Shown: one piece after another, positions 11,562-21,892 of the stretch | How the letters are laid out: every line of letters starts with the position of its first letter | Numbering within the stretch: position 1 is the stretch's first letter | Assembly (NCBI GenBank): GCA_035193785.1 | Contig: CP136572.1 | Location: 4,052,578 to 4,116,577 of the forward strand | DNA: 64,000 nucleotides | Direction: 5' to 3' | Source of the DNA: Planktothrix sp. GU0601_MAG3 | GTDB lineage: Bacteria > Cyanobacteriota > Cyanobacteriia > Cyanobacteriales > Microcoleaceae | Made by a program: the position numbers and the translations under genes | Notes under the pieces: generated by a model | Seen by the model: only the letters and a program-made list of their open reading frames with translations | Told to the model about the DNA's origin: nothing | The model's database searches: none

Positions 11562-12144
11562 ATGATTGCTCAAACTGAAACAAAAATCTACACTCCTGAA
11601 GAATACCTAGAACTAGAAATTGTCTGTGAAACTCGCAACGAATATCGCAATGGAGAAATTATTCCTATGACTGGTGGAAACACCCGACCATAACGAAATT
11701 GCAGGAAACCTTAACGCTTCTCTCAAACTTGCGTTAAAAGGTCAACCTTATCGCATTTTTATCGCAGATCAACGGCTGTGGATTCCAACTATTAACATCT
11801 ATACCTATCCTGATATTATGGTACTGCAAAAGCCCATAGAACTGCAAATCGGACGCAAAGATACAGTGATTAATCCTTGTTTTATTGCCGAAATTCTATC
11901 TAAATCCACCCAAAATTATGACCGCAGCGAAAAATTTGCCACCTATCGAACAATCCCCACTTTTCAAGAATATTTATTAGTGGATCAATATCGGATTCAT
12001 GTCGAACATTATGTTAAAACTGGTGTGAATCAATGGATATTTTCAGAATATGATGATCCCAATATTACTTTAGCTTTAAATACCCTGGAATTACAAATAT
12101 TAATTGCCGATCTTTATGAAAATATTGATTTTATCAATTCCTAA
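11562..12144 (+). CDS. Uma2 family (PD-(D/E)xK-like) endonuclease; +1 insertion at ~11677
   Basis: MIAQTETKIYTPEEYLELE...EYRNGEIIPMTGG joins TPDHNEIAGN; YPDIMV, EILSKST, EYLLVDQ. Confidence 0.9.
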
Positions 12145-12150
12145 TGGAAT

Positions 12151-12181
12151 GATCCCCCCTTTTTTTAGTTGAGGGGGAATC
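12151..12181. terminator. Hairpin between convergent genes
   Basis: GATCCCCCCT...AGGGGGAATC followed by a T run. Confidence 0.5.
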
Positions 12182-12184
12182 TTT

Positions 12185-13835
12185 TTAAAACTCCGCAGGA
12201 ATTAACTGTAATCGCCCTAAATCTAAATCTTCAGAAGCAATAAAACGGACTTCCAATAAAGCCATCATATCCTTAAATTGGGGTTGACCCCGGGAAGCAC
12301 CCGTTAATCCCATGGCAATAATTAAACCACACCAACCCTTAGTTTTTTTACAGCGTTGTTCCCATTTTTTTCGTGCTTCTTGATGCACCGGATCATCTTC
12401 AACAAACTCTCCAAATAAATGTAAATCTCCGTCTTCTGTCTTCAAAATTCCCAAGTCATAATTAGAGCCCGCCATGGGATCTTCACCCGGATTAAAACCA
12501 ATTCCTTGCAGTCCTCCCGCATCCTGTAAACTGCGAATTAATACCTCAGCTTTTGGTTTAGTAGTTTGAATCACAACCACTGGTAAACCCTCTCCCGCTT
12601 CGGGAATTTCTGCTTCTGCGGCTTGATGAAATTGGGTATTACTTCGCAAATATTTGGCTGTTTCCCAAGGGACAACACCCAAACTCAAGAAAGATTTAGG
12701 CGGGACTAAATCGTCGCGTAACCGAGGAGCATCGATCTCCATATCCTCGTCATCATCATCATCATCCGCCACCATTGACGCCAACTCCGAGGCAATATCG
12801 GGTAAAGTTTCCACCTTTACCGAGATCTGTTTTTTCTCTCCATCGGGCAAATCGACCGGAATTCGATACCGACGATTGAGACTGGGAAACTCATGTTGGG
12901 CTAATTTTTGACGATGATCGCGTAAAAATCTATGTAGGGCTTCTAAAGCGATTAAAACAATCGCCGCTTCTTCATCATATAAAATTGAACGTAATCCTTC
13001 TAGGGGATGAAGATTGCCAAAATTTGGTTCAATTTCCGAGGGGGATAAATTAGTGATCTTGACAAAATCATCATCATCTTCGTCCTCATCCTCATCAAAA
13101 CCATCGGTGCGATCAAAAGTAACAAATAAACAGTCTTGAGTTAAAAAGGCTTCCTCTAAATTTTCATAGGATTTATTGCGAACAATTCTTTCTCGAAACC
13201 GCCTTAACGAATCCAAAGAACGATATAACAATACCCCATAATCCATTCCCAGTTTTCCCAAAGTGGAAATATATAAGGTATTAATGCCAAATAGGTTTAA
13301 TTCAACTGAAATAATCTGATGATCTCCTAACTTTTCCCAAGGAGCATCTTGCCAAATTTGATAGGCTTTTTCCGTTACCGCCTTTGCATATTGGGGCGGG
13401 AGTTGGGGCGGCCGACTCTGGGCTACTTCCTGCAACCCCCGAAAAATTTCATCAATCAGAGGTAAATCCGGGACATATTCAATGACAATATCTAAATCTT
13501 GCAGAAACTCCCCGCAGAAAAAATTGAATTTCCCGATCTTTGACCACTATTTTTTGGGGACGGGCTACGGGCGCGGGACTTTGGGGATGTTCGATGGCCC
13601 TGAGTAGGGTTCGGACAATTGCCTCTGGCCCCATATCCGGTGCAACCATATCCATTGCTCGCACCATCCCCTGGGAACCATCTACCCAAATAATACATTC
13701 GCCCGCAGTTTCGGAGTCTGTGTCGGCACTAGGACTGGCATCCGTCGCCATTGGACGCCGATCTCCTTCCCATACACTGGGAATTTGGGGTAAATTTTTG
13801 AGCCTACGAACGGTTGAGTGATTCAGAGTTGCCAT
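12185..13835 (-). CDS. Conserved cyanobacterial hypothetical protein (DUF6930-like); +1 insertion at ~13504
   Basis: Two long ORFs join at GAAAC 13504 (QFFLRGVLQDLDI...). VWEGDRR N-terminal motif. Confidence 0.75.
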
Positions 13836-13947
13836 CAAATTAATCTTAATCTTGGGGTAGTTTCACCAGTTTCGATGATGCCGCACAACGAATTGCTTAA
13901 ACTCGCCATGGTTTTATGCAATGCTTTCTCTATATTATAAGAAAAAT

Positions 13948-14163
13948 CCCAGAAAACTCAGGCAATTAAGCACAGTGGTTAGAACCGGATCAAACCTATC
14001 TCGTCACTTTACCGGAATTTGGCTCCTATGCTGATACTCATGGCGCGGATGCCAAAAGCTATCAAGAAAAAGATGTTAAAAAAGCCTTGAAATCCTTGGA
14101 AAATTTACAATAGGAGGATAAACAATGCGCTCCCAATATAGTATTTTAATTCAATGGTCAGAA
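13948..14163 (+). pseudogene. Scrambled remnant of a HicA/HicB toxin-antitoxin locus
   Basis: Fragments read manually: PRKLRQL (HicA-like start), QWLEPDQTYLVTLPEFGSYADTHG (HicB-like) fused to ADAKSYQEKDVKKAL* (HicA-like end), then an RBS and MRSQYSILIQWSE (HicB-like start, truncated). Confidence 0.6.
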
Positions 14164-14172
14164 ATCGCAATT

Positions 14173-14457
14173 TTATTTAATTTCGATAAATTCAATCTGC
14201 GGTAAAAGGGGCTCTTTAACCATCGCAATACCCGTGAATCCCCAACGCTGTAAAATCGGTTTAATTTGATAACCCGTAACCGATTCTAAAGCAAACCGAT
14301 CTTTAACATCCCTAGCGTGTTTGTTTAAATAACTCAAAGCATCAAAATTTTCTGAAAATAATAATAAATAAGTTAATGGATTATCGGGGTCAGGATGGGC
14401 AGTCACATACCGTCCATCAGCTTTCGAGCGCAGAATATAATAAACTTCAGAGAGCAT
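14173..14457 (-). CDS. Conserved cyanobacterial hypothetical protein
   Basis: 94-aa ORF with GGAG RBS; YLLLFSENFDALSYLN motif. Confidence 0.7.
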   Translation of the reverse strand: MLSEVYYILRSKADGRYVTAHPDPDNPLTYLLLFSENFDALSYLNKHARDVKDRFALESVTGYQIKPILQRWGFTGIAMVKEPLLPQIEFIEIK

Positions 14458-14545
14458 TTAAACCGTCTCCTTAAAATTACAAACTAGGTTTACCCCAATT
14501 TATTTTGATCCTACCATTTCTATTTTATATTTTACCTCTAAAATT

Positions 14546-15535
14546 TCATCGTAAATCTTCTAATTTAATTCGGGGGTCAACGGCTTTTAAGAGTAAATCC
14601 GCCAATAAATTACCAATAATTAACATCACCGCCCCCATCATTAAACTCGCCATAACTAAATATAAATCCTTTTGTTGTACCGCTTGTAAAATTAATTTAC
14701 CCAATCCTGGCCAGTTAAAAAAGGTTTCAGCAATAAAAGCCCCCCCTAATAAACTGGCAAATTCAAAGCCCAATAATGTGATTAAAGGGTTAATCGCATT
14801 CCGTAGGGCGTGAACATAAATCACCCGATTTTCTGGTAGTCCTTTGGCCCTCGCCGTTTGAATATAATCCTGACGTAAAACATCTAAAAGTTGCCCTCGC
14901 ATTAATCGTTGTAACCCAGCAAAACTCGTAATAGTTAATGCTAGGGTCGGTAAAATACTATGCCAGGCAATATCGGCTATTTTTCCCAGGGGTGATAAAT
15001 CGGGAAAATTAATACTGGTCATGCCACCAACGGGAAATAAGGGGGAGGTTTTTTGTGCTAAAAATAATAATAATAAAGCCGTGATGAAACTAGGAAAACC
15101 CTGTCCGGTATAACTAACAACTTGCAAAAATCGGTCGATAAAACGATTCTGATTCACCGCCCCAATTATTCCCAATGGAATCCCGATAATCCAGGTTAAA
15201 ATTAACGATAAAAACGCTAATAATAGGGTAGCAGGAACCCGTTCTATCAGTAGGGAAGTCACGGAACGTTGATTAGCAAAACTAAAGCCAAAATTTCCCC
15301 TAGTGACAATTTGAGTTAACCAATACCAATATTGTTCTAGGGGAGATTTATCTAGGTGAAATTGTTCCCGCAATTGTTTTAAGGTTTCGGGGGAAATTTG
15401 AGGATTATTTGAGAGGTTATCTAAATAGTCTCCGGGAGCCAGTTGAGTAATGGTAAAACATAAAGCCGATGCTAAAAGTAGAGTTAAAAGCGCCTGTAAT
15501 AATCGCTTAACAATATAGACTAATGTTTCACTCAT
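14546..15535 (-). CDS. Peptide/nickel ABC transporter permease (DppB/OppB family)
   Basis: LAPGD, GNFGFS, EAA loop DYIQTARAKGL, HALRNA, ETFFNWPGLG, DPRI. Confidence 0.93.
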   Translation of the reverse strand: MSETLVYIVKRLLQALLTLLLASALCFTITQLAPGDYLDNLSNNPQISPETLKQLREQFHLDKSPLEQYWYWLTQIVTRGNFGFSFANQRSVTSLLIERVPATLLLAFLSLILTWIIGIPLGIIGAVNQNRFIDRFLQVVSYTGQGFPSFITALLLLFLAQKTSPLFPVGGMTSINFPDLSPLGKIADIAWHSILPTLALTITSFAGLQRLMRGQLLDVLRQDYIQTARAKGLPENRVIYVHALRNAINPLITLLGFEFASLLGGAFIAETFFNWPGLGKLILQAVQQKDLYLVMASLMMGAVMLIIGNLLADLLLKAVDPRIKLEDLR

Positions 15536-15594
15536 AATCTTAATTATACCCCCTTAATAATTAACAAATTTCCCCGGGAAAAACTCTCAAAATA

Positions 15595-16110
15595 TTAATC
15601 ATATTGTAACAGACTAATTACTGGAACATCGGGCAATTGTTCCCGTCCTTTTAACCCGGTAAGTTCAACCACAAAACAAAATCCCACCACCGTAGCCCCG
15701 GCTTGTTTAACTAATTCTGCGGTGGCTTTGGCTGTGCCTCCAGTAGCAATTAAATCATCCACAATTAGGACTTTATGCCCCGAGGAAAGGGCGTCTTGGT
15801 GCATCTCTAAACAATCTGTGCCATATTCCAATTCATATTCTGCCCGATAGACGGCGGCGGGTAATTTTTGGGGCTTACGAATCGGAATAAAACCTACTTC
15901 TAATTGATAGGCTAAGGGCATTCCAAATAAAAAACCCCTAGACTCCATTCCGAGAATATAGTCAGGAGACAAAGGACGACATTTTTCTGTTAAACAATCA
16001 ATGGTATATCGAAGTCCCTGGGGGTTTTGTAACAGGGTAGTAATATCTCGAAATAAAATTCCAGGCTTAGGAAAATCGGGAATATTGCGAATGAGAGACT
16101 TTAAATCCAT
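15595..16110 (-). CDS. apt: Adenine phosphoribosyltransferase
   Basis: [36 protein letters not shown]. Confidence 0.97.
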   Translation of the reverse strand: MDLKSLIRNIPDFPKPGILFRDITTLLQNPQGLRYTIDCLTEKCRPLSPDYILGMESRGFLFGMPLAYQLEVGFIPIRKPQKLPAAVYRAEYELEYGTDCLEMHQDALSSGHKVLIVDDLIATGGTAKATAELVKQAGATVVGFCFVVELTGLKGREQLPDVPVISLLQYD

Positions 16111-16180
16111 GAGTATTTTAGTAAAGGAGAAGATCGATTGACTCAGGGCAATTGTCTCTCATTTTGTGCGTTCTGTCGAG

Positions 16181-16576
16181 TTATTTTTTAGTCTGACTTT
16201 TGGCATCTTCTTCGGGAAAACGAGTAATATCATCATCTCCTAAATATTCGCCATTTTGGACTTCAATCATAACTAATGGAATTACCCCAGGATTTTCTAG
16301 GCGGTGGGGGGTGTTCATGGGAACATAGGTGGACTGTTTGGGAAGTAGTAAAATCTCCTCTCCGCCACAAATGACTTTAGCAGTTCCAGCCACAACAATC
16401 CAGTGTTCACTGCGATGATAGTGCATCTGGGTACTAATATGATAACCCGGATTTACCACAATTCGATTAATCCGATAGCGCTCGCCTTCTTCGAGTAGGC
16501 TAACCTGACCCCAAGGCGGTGTCCGAATCGTTGATTCTGTACTTAAGGTCGGTTGTGAGGTTTTATCTTCGCTCAT
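16181..16576 (-). CDS. Stand-alone mannose-6-phosphate isomerase type II C-terminal cupin
   Basis: PWG, STQMHYHRSEHWIVVAG, HRLENPG, EVQNGEYLGDDDI. Confidence 0.88.
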   Translation of the reverse strand: MSEDKTSQPTLSTESTIRTPPWGQVSLLEEGERYRINRIVVNPGYHISTQMHYHRSEHWIVVAGTAKVICGGEEILLLPKQSTYVPMNTPHRLENPGVIPLVMIEVQNGEYLGDDDITRFPEEDAKSQTKK

Positions 16577-16655
16577 AATTGTTGATGGGTAACTGATTAG
16601 TTATTAATTTTAAAGCGTTTGAGGTCAATATAGATATTAAATATTATATCTCAAT

Positions 16656-18609
16656 TTACCAAGGACTCCCAACCAAAGTAAATCCCGACCAATAATAGGG
16701 GTGAGTAAGAGTTTTAGAGGGTAAATTTTGCAATTCTGGCGGGAGAGGAATGGCTTGTTTATCCTCTAATTGTAAATAACCATTTTCCAGTTTTATCTCT
16801 CCTTTTAAAAGTTTAATTTGCGCTTTTCTTAACGCATCCGCCTTAATTTTAGATTCATGTAATTGACGATAAAACTCCGTCATTAAACCTAAAGTTCCCT
16901 CATCACTCACATACCACAAACTAGCCAAAGCTGATTTTACCCCCGCTTGCACCGCTAACCCAGCAAACCCCATTTCTGCCTGTTCGTCCCCTAAAGCCGT
17001 GCGACAGGAAGACAATACTAATAATTCTACAGCAGGTTTATTCCATCCTAACTGTCGTAATTGATTTAAACCTAATCTTTCTTTTTGCCATAATTGAATA
17101 TAGGAATTTTCAGGAAGTCCGGGTTTAAATTCACTATGGGTGGCTAGATGAATAATTTGATAGGGATAATCTCGCCGTTGACGAATTAAATTATTAATCG
17201 TAAATTCTTGATTAATAAACGCATGACCAGACCAAACATTTTGAGTAATTAAGTTTAATTCAGTTTTTACCGCAGGTAGGGGCTGTAAATCCATAAATTC
17301 ACTCGCCCCCATTGCTAAAACTTGGGTATTTTGTAAGGACTGATAGCGAGTATCTAATAAACTCATACTGGGAATTAAACTTAAGCTATATTTTTCGATT
17401 AAAAATTGTTTACCGTCATGGAGTGCAGCCATGGGTAAACTGCGTAATCCCGCATCTAAACTTAATAATAGGGTTTCAATATTTTGATCTTTGAGTTGGG
17501 CTTCAATCGGGGCAATTAACCAATGATAAAGCTGTTGAGATGGGGGTAAATAACGTTCAGTATCGCGATCGCGGCCATTGGTAATCGCGTCTCTAAATTC
17601 CCGAACTTTTGCCATTAATTCTGCATGGGAAATATCAACTCTTTGCAGTTTAGGTTTCGCCCTTCTGAGTCAAAACTACTAAGTCTAAATAATCAGCCCT
17701 AGACATCAAATAAACCACCGCCGCTTGGTTTCCCGTTTCTCGATAAATCCGTTGTAGCACCGAGGTAGCATCGGTATTAGTTAGGGAAAAATCAACTGTT
17801 TCCTTGCCTAAATATTTGGTAAATTCATCTCGGCGCAGTTCCTCCAGTCCTGCAATTCCGCCCCAATTTCCATCATGCAACTGATTCTGATTTGTAGTTA
17901 ATAATGAATTATTAATTTCATTAATAGGAAGATCTAATTTCGGTTGAGAATTAGGCGGTTTGACGCCAGGAAAAGCCATCATTGGTGGCATCCCCGGCGC
18001 CCCATTTCCAGGCATTAATCGGGGATCAAGTTGTAAAATAGTAGGATGGCTATTAGGAAATGATCCAGGGGCGGCACTCAAACCCGATGTAGATGCACCG
18101 CTTAAAACAGTCTGACCTTGAGCATTAATTATCACATGATTAGCCGGACTATTGAAGGGAGAACCCGTCAATAATTCGGGTAAAACTAAAGGATTTACCG
18201 ACACATTTTCCCCAATTGCAGTTAGAGGAACTTGTAAATTTAACGTTTGTCCCATGCCCTGTAAATTGACAAAATTACCATTACTAACCCCTGGGGGAGC
18301 GGTTTGGGGGATGGGATTTGTCAAAAACATTTGGTTGGAATTAGGAGGAGAAGAAATATGATTTCCCGGGATGATTGGAATATTCATCGGAGACATATTT
18401 CCCGGAATTGGATTAGAAAAGTTAGGAGTTAAAGCCGGGTAGTTATTGATCGAAACCGGAGGAACAAATAGTGTAGAATCTGGCTTTTTATCTCTAAAAT
18501 CCTGGGGATGACCAGAGGGAAAAACCGGAATTTGAGCCACCGCCGGAAGGGTTAGACGGCTGAAAACAAACAGTGTAATCAATCTAGCTGTTAATTGATT
18601 GGTTTTCAT
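16656..18609 (-). CDS. Secreted CHAT (caspase-like) domain protein; +1 insertion at ~17654
   Basis: Signal peptide and Pro-rich region, then CHAT motifs LPMAALHDG, IHLATH, LSSCRTALGD, ASLWYVSD, HPYYWSGF. Confidence 0.88.
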
Positions 18610-18790
18610 TTTGTCTAACTTCCCTCTGGTTCTTCTATAGCTATTCTAACGGATTCACCCCTTTTTTAATTAATATTTATTAACTCTTTACATTAATTTT
18701 TTCAATTTACAAATATTTTTTAATTTCTCAATTCCCATCATCCCTAAATCCTCAAGATTTAAAGGATGACGGTTAAGGGTCAACTTTCGA

Positions 18791-19472
18791 TTAATTAGAT
18801 CCGGTTTTTAACCATTGTTTCATTAGCTTAATTTCTGCCGCTTGGGAAACTAAAATAGCTTGGGAAAGTTGCTGAATTTCAGGACGTTTTGATTTAATTT
18901 GAGCATCTTTTGCCATAATTAATGCCCCTTCATGGTGCGGAATCATCGCCTGAATAAATCGTTGATCAAAACCTCCATCAGCAGCGCCTAAATCAGCCAT
19001 CATCATCATTGATTCCATCTGTTTCCGCAGACATGGACATACTGTGGCCCATAGCGGCATGATACATGACGGCTCCTTTGGCATCGGGATACCATGTTTT
19101 CCGCCATTCCTGCATCTGAGAAATTTCTTTTTTCTGGGCTTTAATAATTTCCTCTGCTAATTTTTTGAGTTCAGGATTATTAGATTTTTGGATTACCTGT
19201 TCAGCCATTTTAATTGCTCCTTGATGGTGGGGAATCATCCCATCAATAAAGCGTAAATCATACTCGGCATCAGCCGGCCCCAAATCCATCATCATCCCAT
19301 GACTTCCCGACATCATGCCGTTATTTTGACTCAGAATTGTTTCCGAACTAACGGGAGTTATCGTTGAGGAATCTATGGGTTTAGAAGATGATTTGGGCAT
19401 GGTACAAGCGCCTAAACCCAAAGTAACAGAAATCCCCAGAATGGGCAATAAAAAAATAGATTTGAATTTCAT
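18791..19472 (-). CDS. DUF305 lipoprotein, CopM-like copper-binding protein; +1 insertion at ~19021
   Basis: Lipobox LGAC, Met/His-rich, two MIPHHxGA repeats. Confidence 0.85.
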
Positions 19473-19573
19473 ACTTTTGATTTCAAAATTTCCAATATAA
19501 GCCTGAGTATGTTAAGATTAAATTAGAGTATAATTCAATATTTAACTCCTCATCTTCATTCTTACATAAAAAA

Positions 19574-19590
19574 ATGAAATTAGGATGAAA
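19574..19590 (-). promoter_or_regulatory. Candidate CopR-binding direct repeat TTTCAT-N5-TTTCAT
   Basis: Minus strand reads TTTCAT CCTAA TTTCAT, about 100 bp upstream of the CopM-like start. Confidence 0.55.
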
Positions 19591-19654
19591 TGAGCAATTA
19601 AATATTTAGTTTGTCTTCAGTATCGAGGGATTTTATGAGAGTGGAAACATCAAT

Positions 19655-20509
19655 TTAAAATAGGTGAATAGCATTAGGATCAATCACAACAACCCGATCG
19701 CGTCCCTGGGCTTTAGCTTGATATAATGCCCGGTCTGCCAGTTGTAATAAATCATCACAGGATTGAGTATGTTCAGGAAACCCCGCGACCCCAATTGATA
19801 TAGTTACTCCTGTTAAGAAATTATAGGAATACTCATACTGTAAGTTTTTAATCTTTTGACGGATTTCCTCCGCCACAATTTCAGCAATTTCAACACTTGT
19901 ATTGGGTAAAATAAATACTAATTCCTCTCCCCCATAACGATAGGCTAGATCGGAAGTTCGCATCACACTTTGTACCGCTTGAGAGACTAATTTTAAAACA
20001 ATATCTCCAGCTTTATGACCGAAATTGTCGTTAAATTTCTTGAAATAATCAATATCCGCAATTAAAATGCTTAAACACTCTTGTGTTTTTTGGGCTGAGT
20101 TAAACACCTGGGGTAATACGAGATCTAAATATCTTCGATTAAATAATCCCGTTAGGGGATCATGAATACTGTCATAATGCAGGGATTCCTCGACAATATT
20201 ACTATGTTCTATGGTTGTTTCTAGGATTAACTCTAAGTCATTTTTTTCCTGAGTTAATAAGGCAACTAAGGATTGTAAATGTTCTTGAGAGGCTTGTAAT
20301 TTAAGTTGGTTTAAATGGCGTTGTTGGATTTCAGCTTTGAGTTTTTCATGGGATTCGTGTAACTGAGCTTCAACTAAATCTCCATGATCAGTGGTAATTT
20401 CTAAGAGAATTTGCAGATCAGCTTTTTCCTGTTTAAGAATGTCAATATCTTGGCGAAGTTGGCTGATACAGTCTAACAGTTGCTTTTGAGAAAGACGCTC
20501 ATTTTCCAT
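19655..20509 (-). CDS. Diguanylate cyclase with N-terminal coiled coil
   Basis: DPLTGLFNRR, DIDYFKKFNDNFGHKAGD, RxxD I-site (RTSD), RYGGEEL, ADRALYQAK. Confidence 0.92.
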   Translation of the reverse strand: MENERLSQKQLLDCISQLRQDIDILKQEKADLQILLEITTDHGDLVEAQLHESHEKLKAEIQQRHLNQLKLQASQEHLQSLVALLTQEKNDLELILETTIEHSNIVEESLHYDSIHDPLTGLFNRRYLDLVLPQVFNSAQKTQECLSILIADIDYFKKFNDNFGHKAGDIVLKLVSQAVQSVMRTSDLAYRYGGEELVFILPNTSVEIAEIVAEEIRQKIKNLQYEYSYNFLTGVTISIGVAGFPEHTQSCDDLLQLADRALYQAKAQGRDRVVVIDPNAIHLF

Positions 20510-20628
20510 TAACTTATATTTACCTTAAAGGGTGAGATTGGATTCTGCATCTTTGTACTGTTTATCTGGTCTATAAGTATCCAGTTTAGATTTAAAATCC
20601 CAGCCTAAACGGGGATAAAGTTTACTAT

Positions 20629-20979
20629 TCAATCTTTAGTTTCTAAAGAGGGCATGAGTTTTTGTAAATTTCTTAGGGATTTTCCTTGCCAGGGAATTTG
20701 TTTAGAGGCTAAAACTATTAAGCTAGTCTCTTTTTGCTGGCGAACTTTAATTACAAATTTAGATAGCATATTAATACCCGAACTATTTAAAAACTCTAAT
20801 TTTTGCAGATTAATAGTAATCAGGCATGGGTTTTCCTCCAAAACTTCATTGAGAAATTTAATCACAGGGTTAGTGTCTTCTAGTCCGCTTAAACGTAAGG
20901 AGCCTGATAAAATTACTGTGGTTGTGTTACTCTCATAAATAACTTCATAGTCTTCGGATTTAATTGCTTTGGTTACCAT
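20629..20979 (-). CDS. STAS-like anti-anti-sigma / SiaC-like regulator (slr1659 family)
   Basis: LSGSLRL, LEFLNSSGINML phospho-acceptor-type motif, PWQGKSLRNL. Confidence 0.8.
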   Translation of the reverse strand: MVTKAIKSEDYEVIYESNTTTVILSGSLRLSGLEDTNPVIKFLNEVLEENPCLITINLQKLEFLNSSGINMLSKFVIKVRQQKETSLIVLASKQIPWQGKSLRNLQKLMPSLETKD

Positions 20980-21024
20980 TGTTATCGTCCTAATATTTTA
21001 CTGTTGATTAATCAATTTTAAATG

Positions 21025-21600
21025 CTAAATGAAAAGCTGAACCATCGTCGTAACAGTCAAAACTTTAGGTTCGGTTTGAAGGGCTTCAAATTTCCAGCCC
21101 AATCGGGCTAAGTAATCATTGATCATGGTCAAATAGCCTAAACCAGAACTATTCTCACTGTCCAAACTTTTTTCTACTTGCTCAATATAAAGTTCTTGAG
21201 AGTCAGAATGAATCAGTTTTTCAATAAAGAGTTGGAAGGATTCAAATTTTTCCTGGTTAATGCTATTGACCACAACAAAGATTAATCGATCAGTTTTTAA
21301 ATACAGTTGGATGCTGATCGGATAATTAACCGTATAATCACTGAACTTCATCGCATTTTCTAATAATTCATTGACGATAAAGCTAACAGCACTTTTGATT
21401 TCATTTTGTAAATTTGCCGTGGCGGGATCATCTTCACTTTTAGGAACAAAGGTCGTGACATAATCAGCCATAAAATTGGCGGATAATCCATTATTGCGCC
21501 AACGGTGTTTCAGGGGAATCGAACTCGGAGAAAAACCAATGACGAGAAATTCATTGCTCGTTGGAGGTACTTCAACAAAGTCACCAAAAATTTGTGTCAT
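21025..21600 (-). CDS. GHKL-type Ser/Thr kinase, anti-sigma/SiaB-like (slr1658 family)
   Basis: RWRNNGLSANF, N-box NELLENAMKF, G-box SSGLGYLTMINDY. Confidence 0.8.
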   Translation of the reverse strand: MTQIFGDFVEVPPTSNEFLVIGFSPSSIPLKHRWRNNGLSANFMADYVTTFVPKSEDDPATANLQNEIKSAVSFIVNELLENAMKFSDYTVNYPISIQLYLKTDRLIFVVVNSINQEKFESFQLFIEKLIHSDSQELYIEQVEKSLDSENSSGLGYLTMINDYLARLGWKFEALQTEPKVLTVTTMVQLFI

Positions 21601-21892
21601 AAATCCTTTGGGCGAGAATACAGAAAAAGTTACTCGGGCTACTGTGCTTTTTGTTACAAAAAAACAACTCAGGTGAGAAACATTGAAATTGGGAAAAAGT
21701 GCTAAAAAAATGGTAAACTAGAGTATTTTTAGGCTAATTAAGTAAGAGATAAAACTCAACCAAATCAGAGCCAAAAACCTTTTGTTAACTGACCCATTAT
21801 CGCCTGATTCCAAAAACTCCAGTAGCTAATAATATCATGTTGAGGTCAAACATTTACCCAGGCAATAAAAATCTAATTAGGAATCTTTTTAA

